A stretch of 64,000 bases of DNA from Chiloscyllium plagiosum (lineage: Eukaryota). Made by a program: the position numbers and the translations under genes. The DNA lies in NCBI RefSeq assembly GCF_004010195.1, contig NC_057760.1, forward strand, positions 3,865,354-3,929,353, given 5' to 3'. The notes beneath the pieces were generated by a model. That model saw nothing but the letters and a program-made list of their open reading frames with translations. It was not told the DNA's origin and ran no database searches. Numbering within the stretch: position 1 is the first letter of the stretch; every line of letters begins with the position of its first letter. Below, one piece after another: positions 52,505 through 64,000 of the stretch.

Positions 52505-54677
52505 ATTGTTGTCTCATATTTGACGTTAAACCAAATCTTATGTACAGATCCAATTGCAAGCATTGATTCTTGGAGATATGGTGACAGCATAGCTTTTATA
52601 ATGTGGCTTCATGACACAACTCGGAAGGCTGGTCATTCTCTCAAGTGTACTGACAGCATAGTCATCAGCAAACATCCTCTCACCTAGTAGCTGCTGTGAT
52701 CCGTGTGGGATCCTTAAGCCTTTTCAGATTCCTGAATAGGGTATGTGCTATGTCACAATCTTTGTGTGTATACAAGAATATAGCTGAAGAGTACTTGGTA
52801 AACAGTACTGGAGCCATGAATGGTGCTAATCGTACCAGGAAAAGCATCTGATAAGATTCATTATTATGTATCACACTGACCATCATGGAATGAATAGACA
52901 ATCAGATCAACTTTTCAGGACAGCTGTACGATAATTCAGCTTGGGCAACAAACACCTTTCAGAGATCCCCATCTAACAGTATTCTTGAATTTTATGCACT
53001 AAAGATTACACTGAATATTCCTTGATCAGCACAGAAGTTCTATTGCAATAACTGACAATGACCCAGAAAGAACCACCCCGTTCAACTCCTGAAAGGCAAG
53101 GCTGCAGCAGGAATTGAAATACAGTAGTATACTCAGTCATCTTTGGCCAAATACAGATTACACTTAGTCAGATATCTCCAGAAGAATAAGCGAACACATT
53201 GGTCAACAAGTCTTGAAGAACACCTGCAAGCCTCAAACTGCTGAAACTGCTTTTAATCTTTGGCAAAGTTCTATTTGTATGGGTCGAGGCCTGCCAGCTG
53301 TTTAATAGTTAATCTCTGCCATAGACTGTACCTCAGGTGACACTCTGATGTTATAACCCGCTAAACCAACTTTGAGTTCTACTCAAATTTCTGACACAAT
53401 TCCATTCATTAATTTGATAGCTTAGCATGCTTCCTGCAACACAGAATTCAAACTGTCCAAGGACACTGGAGGGTGAGATGGGGTGGTAGAGTGCATGACC
53501 CCAGCACCACCCACAGCAGCTTCTGTGTGCTGGCGAGTACAAGGATCAGGATTTATCCTTAGAAGTGGGAGGGGACATTGTAAAGAGATAAAATTTCAGC
53601 TTATGTTATCAGGATGCAAGCCCCAGGTAGCTTATGGTGAAGGGATGGGGATGGTGAAGCTTTGGGTAAGAGGATAACAGGAGAAATTATAGTACACGTT
53701 TCAACGGCATGATAAGAACAGAAAGAAGGTGGAGACACAATCTAGCAGAAGGGGGCAAACAGCCAATCAGGGCTATGGACAGGAAACTTGACGAATCACA
53801 ATTTATACTCAATTAGAAGATCAGAGACATCAGGGTGTACATCACGCTATTTGGGAGGGGAAAATGGGACTGTCAAAGTGCATATTCCAGGTGCCAGACT
53901 GATGAAATCCTTCTTAGATTGATAATTATCACAAAATGAGACTTATAGTAAGCAGTCCCTTCACCCTCTCCCATACCACACACAGCTTGATAGAGAATCC
54001 TACAAGAGGATGACTGGAGCAAATTGTGAGGTGGCTGGGTGGGGGAAAAAAGCAACTCCAATCATATGCAGTTAATGCACTTCTGTTACAGAAAGCAGTG
54101 GTGATGGTTAGGATTTCATCCTGCGCCATTAGGAGGAGGTTAATGGAGAAGACATTATGCTATTGTCATTGTGGAGCAACAGAAAAGTCCACTTTTCCCA
54201 TTCAGTACAACAAAAATTACAGCAAATAACACTCCTTACTTGTCCCATTTAAAACTGAACAGTTGCCACAGCCAATTGAAATGCAGCTCCCATTGCAATG
54301 TCCTATTCAGCATTGGTTACACCATGTTTTAAATACTCCATAGAGCTCCCATTTCACTTTCCAAACAAGAAATCAGACAAGTATCATAATTACAATCCTT
54401 TGAAAGTTGAGATTTAGCAATTGTATCACCAGCAGAAGAGGACCTCACAGCAGACACAAAGACTGAGCTGCCTCATTGCTCCACTTCAGTGTGATTGGTG
54501 CTCTTCGGAACTCTACTTCCAAGAGTATGATATAAACCTCAAGCTTATCATGATCAAGAGAATCCTCAGCCATATATAGGTTACATTTAGAGCATGCAGT
54601 TCTTGAATCTAGTTCCAAGTTTTGGTCAGCATCTCCTCTTCCTCTTCCTGAAGGAAACAGCCCTTGTGACGGTCTTG

Positions 54678-54978
54678 ATTTTAGATTAGATTACTTAGTG
54701 TGGAAACAGGCCCCTCAGCCCAACAAGTCCACACCGACCCTCTGAGCAGCAACCCACCCAGACCCATTCCCCTACATTTACCCCTTCACCTAACATTATG
54801 GGCAATTTAACATGGCTAATTCACCTAACCTGCACATTTTTGGACTGTGGGAGGAAACCCACGCAGACACTGGGAGAATGTGCAAACCCCACACAGACAG
54901 TTGCCTGAGGCAGGAATTGAACCCGGGTCCCTAGCACTGTGAGGCAGCAGTGCTAACCACTGCGCCACCGTGCTGCCC
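54678..54978 (-). mobile_element. HE1-like V-SINE
   Basis: tRNA head, V-domain and tail. Confidence 0.9.
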
Positions 54979-56020
54979 ACTATAGGCTTTTGTTTGAGAT
55001 AGGCAACAATCTGTACACATGAACAAAGACAGCAAGTGGCAGCAAGATGATAATCACAACTGAGCCTCATCCTGTGTCAGCTGATGAGGAGGGAATCATT
55101 ACTGGAGAGCAGGACACTAAAGCTGCAATTAGGAGGAATAAAGGCATTTGGCCCAAATCAAACACTGGCTATATATACAGCTGGTACACTGATTCTCTAT
55201 TAAAGTGGTAGACAGGTCTATTCTGGGTAATGCAGCAAACATATCACAGAAAGGCCATGTCCTGACTACAAGTTGACTTGGCAAAGGAACCAAAATAGAA
55301 GTGAATCCAGATAAAAACAAAACTAGATGTATAAGACAGTTACAATTCTGCACTGCACAAACGTCAGAGCCAGATCAGAATTGTTCTATGCTATATTTGT
55401 AGACATTACAGTGGCACATCAGCATTCTAATGCAACTTTCAAACAATATGGGACTAGATCAATTTAGGATATCTTGTTGGCATAGACAAGTTAGACCGAA
55501 GGGTCTGTTTCTGTGCTGTACAACTTGATGTTCGGCTGTTGCAAAGCTCAAACTACAGGGAGTAAAGTGAGAAGAGGTAGTATGAATGCTGGGACTTATG
55601 GAAGACTTGTAATACCTCAGCTTACAGTCATTCACAATCCAATTGAACCTAGATGAAAATCACTGAGGCTGACAGTTGAATCTTCTTCTCTTGCAAGAAC
55701 CTAGATGTGATAATTACACTTGTGGCAGGGCCTTCAGGCTTTGCAATAATAGAATATGAGCAATCATTGGAGTTCTGCTGCAGAGTTAGTGAATATAATC
55801 CAGCCAAATGTGTTTCAAGTTTATCCTCAAGCCTGAAATGCTGAATAACAAAAGTGAACGACAAAGAACTAGATGGACTGTAATGCCTCGTCTTTCAACG
55901 ATGGAAGGAGTCAGGTGCAAATGCAGTAAGCAATTTGCTAAAGGCAATGGAGCAGCTTTCAGACTGTCGATTCTCAATCTGCTCTGGAAGTAAATTCACC
56001 AGATTATGAAATACTTTCAA

Positions 56021-56198
56021 AAACCGCAAGAACTGCAGATGCTGTAAATCAGAAACAAAAACAGAAGTTGCTGGAAAAGCTCAGCAGGTCTGGAAGCATT
56101 TGTGAAGATAAATCAGAGTTAACATTTCGGGTCCAGTGACCCTTCTTCAGAACCATCAGTTGCCAGACTTGCTGACATTTCCCAGCAACTTCTGTTTA
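56021..56198 (-). mobile_element. Penelope-derived terminal fragment with hammerhead motif and short inversion
   Basis: Same family as 20890-21020; minus-strand CTGAAGA-A-GGGTC-ACTG-GACCC-GAAATGTT at 56121-56150. Confidence 0.75.
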
Positions 56199-56827
56199 TG
56201 AAATACTTATACCTGGCCATGTGAAGACTCCATTCAGGAAAATATATGCAGCATACCATGATGTACTATATTATTAGATCAAGTAGTTAAAACAGTCCTC
56301 AGCAATTTCACCTCTAGCTTTAGATTGTGGCACAGTATAGTGACATTGAATGATAACAGAACAACTGGGCTTAAGTTCTCGAAAATGAAAGTCACTCTGA
56401 GTATCTACTGCCCAGGTCATAAGTCTAAAAACTGTTTGAAGATTCTTGCCCTGATAAACCGGTTATACAGGAAATCCAAAATTAGAGCAAGTAAATCTGC
56501 AACAAATTCCGCATTCGGAATTGAACTGGAACCAGATCCTCTGTTATTTGCTGCAAATCCTAATTAGAAAACTAAATAAATACATTTTGTAGAGGTAAGG
56601 GCAGCAAGTTCCAAAAGCATCTCCAATGTAGTTGTAGTGTGAATTTTTCATGACCATGATTTAAAGAAAATGGTCAACAAGCAATAAGATAAACATAAAC
56701 ATATAAAAATAAAGTTATGCTGTATCAGTCTGTCTTGACTGCTGACGTCCCAGATTCAAGTGATCAGTTTACAAGTTTGATAATAAGTAAGAAGAAGAAG
56801 ATGACAAAACTCGGAAGGTGATTTGTG

Positions 56828-57058
<231 letters not shown>

Positions 57059-58919
57059 TCAGCAATTTAGGGCGATGATAAGAGTGGAAGATAAGTATTA
57101 AAAGACCCACAACATTAGGAGATATAGTTCAAAAGGCCGGTGTTACATGAAGCATGACGTAACTCGACTATGAGATCACCTGCACAACAATCTGATCTTG
57201 TTAAAGATGCTTGCAAAAGTAACTGATTCAAGGAATGAACTCATATCACAGTCACAGAACTGCAAATGAGTAAAACATCAAATGGAGAACAAGCAACTCC
57301 TACTAACACATCATTTTCGGGAGGGGGGGTCGCGGGAGGAATATCTGGACTTTGGGGAGGGGGCATGGTGGTGATTGGAAGGTTGAAATGTTGATTGAAC
57401 TGAGCTATTCACTTTGCAGTTAGAATGCCCTCAGAAGCTTACAAATAAAAGGTGGTAGAATCAGAATTTATCTCTGTCAACTTCAAACAGTTTCAAACTG
57501 AAGATCTGACACTTATCAATAATTACGTTCAAACCTTGAGTTTACTATTTCCCAATTCTTAAGGAATAATGTCTGGAAATCATTGGCTGTCTGAGAAGTA
57601 ATGAATGTAAGACATGCAGTGTTACTCTCCTTACCAGAGAGATCATTGCATTCATTTCTGCAAAGAGTTGTAACGGGGAAGATAAGCGTTACAACTTATA
57701 CAACAATAGCGCACCATGCAAAGCCATATTGCCAGCACTAATAAAGAACAGTTCAGAGTCTTTGACTGACTCCACACAAAAGAGGGTTTTGAACTAGCAT
57801 TTACACAGCCTTTGTTTCATCTCAGTTGAAGAATTGGTTGGAACAAATGGTTCCACATACCATGTTGTCCACGCACCATTAGAGAATAAATTGATAATAT
57901 CCTCCGAAATTTGTTACAGATAGTACTTATAAGGACAGTTTTCTGAAACTGTTTCAGGTGTGTCCAAAGACTACAGTACTCAGCTCCTTTCAACAAAGGA
58001 AGCACCAAGCAGATGCTCGATGTTTACCTGAAGGACACAGCTCACCTGCACTCAGGAAATTTCCAAGTTCAATATCCTCTTATTCAAGCAATATCAGATG
58101 AAAGTGAAAACTTGGAAGCGTGGCAAATAGTGAGGATGAAATCAACTGAATAGCACCAGTCCAGAATTAGGTGAGCAGAACGGATGGGTAACTGGGAACC
58201 ATTCAATAGGATCATGGCTGATCTCATCTCAATTCAACTCCACTTTTCTGCCTGCTCCCCATAATCCTTCAACTCATTACTAATTAAGAATCTGTTTATC
58301 TCCTTCCTAAATTTACTCAATGTCCTAGCATCAACCACACTCTTGGGGAGTGAATTCACAGATTCATGACCCTTTGAGAGAAACCATTTCTTCTCATCTG
58401 TGTTTGAAGTCTGCCTCCCTTTAGCCGAAAACTATGACCTCTCATTATAGGTTGTCCTGCAAGGGGGAACATCCTTTGTGTCGATTTTATCAATCCCCCT
58501 TAGCATCTTCTATACCTCATTAGATCTCATCCTTCTATATTGAAGAACAAGTATGCACATTTTTCAATTTCTTTGCAAGGATATCACTGCTATTTCTGAT
58601 CATTGTCTCTAGATACTGTTGCTATCTGCTTTGCTATATCTTGTTTGTGCTTTTACTTAGTTCTAGTTTGTTTTTAGGCACATTCAATGGCCATTATTTT
58701 TCTTCCTTAGTTTGTGCTCCAATGGCATTTTTAACCAAGTTGATTTTCTGACTCTTCTGTCATACCTTGAGTAAGAATCCAATCTTAGCAGCTGATCCAC
58801 AAAGAGAAATCTGTCCCTTCAAGTCATCAGTCATTTCAGCGATCTTTCCTAAAATCCTGTATGTGCCTACGTCTTATTGCCAACTACGTCCTTTCTTCAC
58901 AAAGCCCCACACCTTTAAT

Positions 58920-59575
58920 CAGCAACATCTTAAAATTAACCCTAAACAAGGAAACAGAAAATCATTTGCACCAATACCTTCAGCAAACCATGTCGAGAAA
59001 AATTCATGTCACATGCCAACAACAACTGAACAACGGAATCCTAGTAGCACATAAACCCACCAACACACTCAAACAAAAACTAACAAACTCAAAAAACCCA
59101 GTACAATCCATGAACAAAACCAATGTCATCTACAAAATTCCATGCAAGGACTGCCACAAACACTACATAGGACAAACAGGAAGAAAGTTAGCCACCAGGA
59201 TACAGGAACACCAGCTAGCCACAAAAAGACACGACCCTCTCTCCCTCGTAGCCCTACACACGGATGAAAAAAAACCCACCATTTCGACTGGGACAACACA
59301 TCTATCCTGGGACAGGCTAAGCAAAGACATGCCAGAGAATTCCTAGAGGCCTGGCACTCCAACCACACGCCATAAACAAACACATAGATCTAGATGCCAT
59401 CTATCAACCCCTCAGAAAATGAACAGGAAATGACATCACCACAAACCCCAGGAACCCCATCCAAGATATAAATACAAAGCAGGAGATAACAGCTTCGCTT
59501 CACTTGGAGGTCGCCACTGATGATGTTACCTAGCCAGGTAATGAAACGTCTGGATATCAAACCTACACCCTAAAC
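58920..59575 (+). mobile_element. Penelope-like element 3' end (GIY-YIG: KTNVIYKIPCKDCHKHYIGQTGRKLATRIQEH) with terminal hammerhead motif
   Basis: VIY...YIG nuclease motif; HHR at 59514-59553. Confidence 0.88.
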
Positions 59576-60379
59576 AACTGAACTCTAAGGATGACAACTA
59601 ACTTGCCTGCTTTAGTTGACAAACATGAGGATATTATTTCAAACAGAAAATGTTTATAGTGAATCAGGGTGTAGAGAACAATCAATATACATGGGGAGAA
59701 CTACCTGCTTGTCCTGAGCTTTCCTAGCTAGGACAGCACTTTCTGGAGGGCTAGCAACTGCTTGCATGGATGCTACAAACTTCTCCCATTTCCACTCAGC
59801 CTTTGTAATCCTTTTGTAGGCATTTCCACCCCCTTAAAATAAACATCCTCTCGAATTTCTCTTTTACTACTTGTCAGCTGTCTGTGTCTGCATTTATGCC
59901 ACCTTCATCAGCGGAGTTAGACATCTTTCCATTCTCAAAATTCCCACCTCTGCAATTTCTCGAAGTCTCCAGATGGGACATGCTGTTAATATGCTTGAGT
60001 TAATCTGTAACTTTGGAGGTTATCACTGCAGCTTCCTTTATTTTAAGAACAGCACCTTCTCTCTGGCAGCTGTGGCCCTGTTTCCTCTGGCACTAACTCA
60101 TAGGCATGGAGAACAGCAGTCTTTACTGCCACAGTCACCTGAGAGCTCCTCTGCAAGATAGGAGTACGTCTCCACCTCTATCCTCATGATACGCTAAAAG
60201 GAATACAGCAGCATTGTTTCAGACAACTGGCATTTATTTTCTAATGACACAAAGTACGTGCTCGCTCTCTCTCCTCACAAAATTTAGATATCAGACAAAT
60301 ATTATTTGCCAGAGACAAAGAACTATGGGGGTCACACATTATCGATGAAACAGAGACATATCATGCTATAGCAAGTCAC

Positions 60380-61180
60380 AGTGAGTTCAACTATGTTGAG
60401 TGTCAAGAGTGTAGGGCAAGGCTGCACAGTCTTTACTTTAATGCTTGAGTGTAATAGGTAAGACTGATGAGTTAATGGCATGGATTAATGGCATGGGTAG
60501 AACTTAGGAATGTTAACGGCAGCTACTTTACTGCGAGTGAATTGTAGGCCCCCAAAGAGTCACTGGGGAGAAAGAGCAGCAAATATGTAGACAGTTCACA
60601 GAGGTGTGCAAGAGTAATCTCAGGTCATTATACTGGGGGATTTCAACTTTCCCAATATAAATTGGGATAGTTATAATATAAAGGGTTTTGAGGGGACAAA
60701 TTCCTTAAAACCTGTGCAGCGGAGCAATGTAGGGAGGGGTTTCAAAAAAAGAGCTCAGGAGAGTACATGTCCAACTTGTACCCTTTCGAGGAAATTCTAG
60801 CAGCGCTAAGTTCAGAGAACCTTGGATATCGAAGACAATTCAGGACTGGATAAAGAGGAAGAGTAGGGCAGCTGTTTCCCTTGGTTGAGGGGTCAATCAC
60901 GAGTGGGCATAGTTTAGGGTAAAGGGCAGGAGATTCAGAAGGGACTTGGGAAAAAATATTGCCACTCAGCAGGTAGTGGGAATCTACAATGTACTGCCTG
61001 GAAAGGTAGAGGAGGCCGGAAACAAAGCCTTTAAAAGATATTTGGATACCTCAAATATCATAACAATCAAGGATATGGGACAAGTGCAGGAAATTAGATT
61101 AACATACTTTTAGTAGTTATGTCACTACAGACTCAATGAGCCAAAGGGCCTTTTCTGCAGTGTATGAATCTACAAATCTA
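60380..61180 (+). mobile_element. Heavily deleted CR1 remnant
   Basis: GDFNFPNINW motif and a decayed 3' end. Confidence 0.65.
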
Positions 61181-61715
61181 TAAATTAATAAATATGTGGA
61201 GTGTAATCTTGGTCATCCTCAACTTTGCCATTCAATACATATACTACAAGCTTTTCTAATTCCAACTTGAACTCCCCCCTTTCTAATCTTCTCCTTTCTC
61301 TTTTGAATTCAAGTTTGTTCATTCTCTTTTGAATTATGGCTTTTTTTTCTAATCAAGTGTGGGTGCTTCCAGTTGAACACTCACAGAAACATTGTTTCCT
61401 TCCTCAAGCTTCAAGTGACAACCCAACGTTTGAAGTGTCTTCAGAAAGCTGAAGGTTCAGCATCCTTTCCAATTTAGGGTTGATTTAAAATTAAGTTCCA
61501 AAACCACAGATTCCATCTCAACATTGATGCAAAAAGGAAATGGACAAGTTTGGATCCTGACTAAATTTTTCACTTTAGGCAGTGCTACAATTTCTTTGGA
61601 ACACTTGTTAGAGAACAAACATGCACGTGGATACAAAGAACTTCTCCGATTTCTTTTGCAGACTGCCATGGGATCACTGACATCTAGAAGAAAGGGCAGA
61701 TGGCACCTTGTTTTA

Positions 61716-62104
<389 letters not shown>

Positions 62105-62175
62105 CAGTGACAAATTACATCCCATTTCAGACAAACTAACAAGACAGTGCTCCTTACTTTGAAAGAAAGACAAAA

Positions 62176-62500
62176 GCACGGTGGCACAGTGGTTAGCACT
62201 GCTGCCTCGCAGCGCCAGAGACCCGGGTTCAATTCCCGACTCAGGCGACTGACTGTGTGGAGTTTGCACGTTCTCCCCGTGTCTGCGTGGGTTTCCTCCG
62301 GGGGCTCCGGTTTCCTCCCACAGTCCAAAGATGTGCAAGTCAGGTGAATTGACCATGCTAAATTGCCCGTAGTATTAGGTAAAGGGGTAAATGTAGGGGT
62401 ATGGGTGGGTTACGCTTCGGCGGGTCGGTGTGGACTTGTTGGGCCGAAGGGCCTGTTTCCACACTGTAAGTAATCTAATCTAATCTAATCTAATCTAATC
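62176..62500 (+). mobile_element. Young HE1-like V-SINE
   Basis: About 4 substitutions relative to the 43624-43940 copy. Confidence 0.93.
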
Positions 62501-62914
62501 ACTAGCACATGAACAGTGCCTTTTGCAATCCTAGGATGTTCCAAATTGCTTTACAGTCAACAAGGTGCTTTTGAAATGTGGTCAGAGGTAACAGAGCAAA
62601 CACAAACAGAAAGCCTTCACAGACAACAATGTGGCAATAATCAGATTATTTGCAGTGATGAGAATGGAGGGATAAATATGAGCTTGCTCGGCAAGGTTAC
62701 CTCACTCATTTGTCAAATTAGTGCAATGGGAAAGTGGGAACCTGCTTGCTTTCCAAGGTCCTAGCCTGATCGACAGTGTAGCATTTCCTCTGTGCTCAAT
62801 TGAGTGTTAGCCTTAGTTTTATTATTATTTCATGGGATGTCAGTGATGTTGGTTGGGCCAACATTTGTTTCCATCCTTACTTGCTCTTGGGAGAGTAACG
62901 GTGAGTCAACATAG

Positions 62915-64000
62915 AGTCATAAAGCATGGAAACAGACCTTCAGTCCAACTAGTCTATGCTGACCATGTTCCCACTCATCCCACTTGCCTTGCTTGGCCCA
63001 TAACCCCTTCAAACCTTTCCTATTCATGAACTTATCCAAATGTCTTTTAAACATTATAACTGCACCTGCCACTTTCTCCGGCAGTTCATTCGACACATGA
63101 ACCACACTGTACAAAAAAGCTGCCCGTCATATCCTTTTTAAATCTTTCTCTTTTCATCTTAAAAATATGCCCCCTCGTTTTGAACTCCTACAGCCTATGG
63201 AAAAGATCCTTGTCATTCACCTTATCGTGATTTTATAAACCTCAAGAAAGTCACCCCTCAACCTCATACACACCAGTGAAAGAAGTCTCAGCTTTTCCAG
63301 TCTATTTTTATATCTCAATCCTCCTATTCCTGGCATCATCCTGGCAAATCTTTTCTGAACCGTCTCCACTTTGATAATATCCTTAATATAACAGGGCAAC
63401 CAGAACTCCACATAACTCTGTACAACCTCAAAATTATGTTGCAATTCCTGTACCAAAGGTCTTAGCAATGAGGGCAAGTGTGCTAAATGCCTTAAAATAC
63501 GCTATCTACACATGATTCAAATTTCAAAGAATTATGTACCTGAACCGCTAAGTCTCTGTTCTACAACACTACCCAGGACTCTTCCAGTAACTGTATAAGA
63601 CATGTCCTTGTTTGTGTTACCAGAATGCAATACCTCACATTTATCCAAACTAAACTCCATCTGCTATTCGTCAGCCCATTCCTGATGAAGGGGTTATGCT
63701 TGAAACGTCAATTCTCCTGCTCCTTGGATGCTGCCTGGCCTCCTGTGCTTTTCCAGCATCACACTTTTCAAGTCTGATCTCCAGCATCTGCAGTCCTCAT
63801 TTTTTCCTAGCCCATTGACCCAACTGATCAAGATCTATTTAGAACCTTAGATAACCTTCTTCACTGACCACCATACCACCAATTTTGGCGTCATCCACAA
63901 ATTTATTAACCATGCCTCCTATATTCTCATCCAAATCATTTCTATAAATGACAAAACAAAAGTAGACCCAGTAACAATCCCTGCAGAACACAGGCCTCCA
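62915..64000 (-). mobile_element. CR1 LINE remnant with nested Penelope-derived insert (63681-63808, 8-bp TSD agcccatt)
   Basis: Decayed RT and 3' motifs; TSD at 63673-63680 and 63809-63816. Confidence 0.85.

Noticed and set aside
31863..56827. Expected GBA1 exons or another host gene between mtx1 and the smad gene
   Set aside because: No recognisable coding exons found by eye; short divergent exons cannot be fully excluded

Overview
Eukaryotic vertebrate genomic DNA, most likely from a cartilaginous fish (inferred from HE1/V-SINE and CR1-type repeats typical of sharks). Three intron-containing genes can be reconstructed with consistent GT-AG boundaries and reading-frame phases. (1) thbs3 (thrombospondin-3) on the minus strand: 11 internal exons from 21322 down to 5360, continuing off the left edge. 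(2) mtx1 (metaxin-1) on the plus strand: exons 2-8, 25080-31862. (3) The last two exons of a SMAD4 paralogue on the minus strand (61934-61796 and 57039-56828), most similar to smad10/Smad4-beta. thbs3 and mtx1 are head-to-head, and both 5' ends fall in a nominal 500-N gap (21397-21896). Most of the rest is retroelement-derived (CR1 LINEs, a Rex1/Babar-like LINE, tRNA-derived SINEs, Penelope-like elements, a decayed LTR element) or minisatellite. The most notable non-obvious signal is about 10 minimal hammerhead-ribozyme motifs with covarying stem II. They sit in Penelope-derived termini, many of them short, often palindromic inserts with target-site duplications; one lies in sense orientation in the presumptive smad 3' UTR. 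Repeat boundaries are approximate and were read by eye; no database searches were run.
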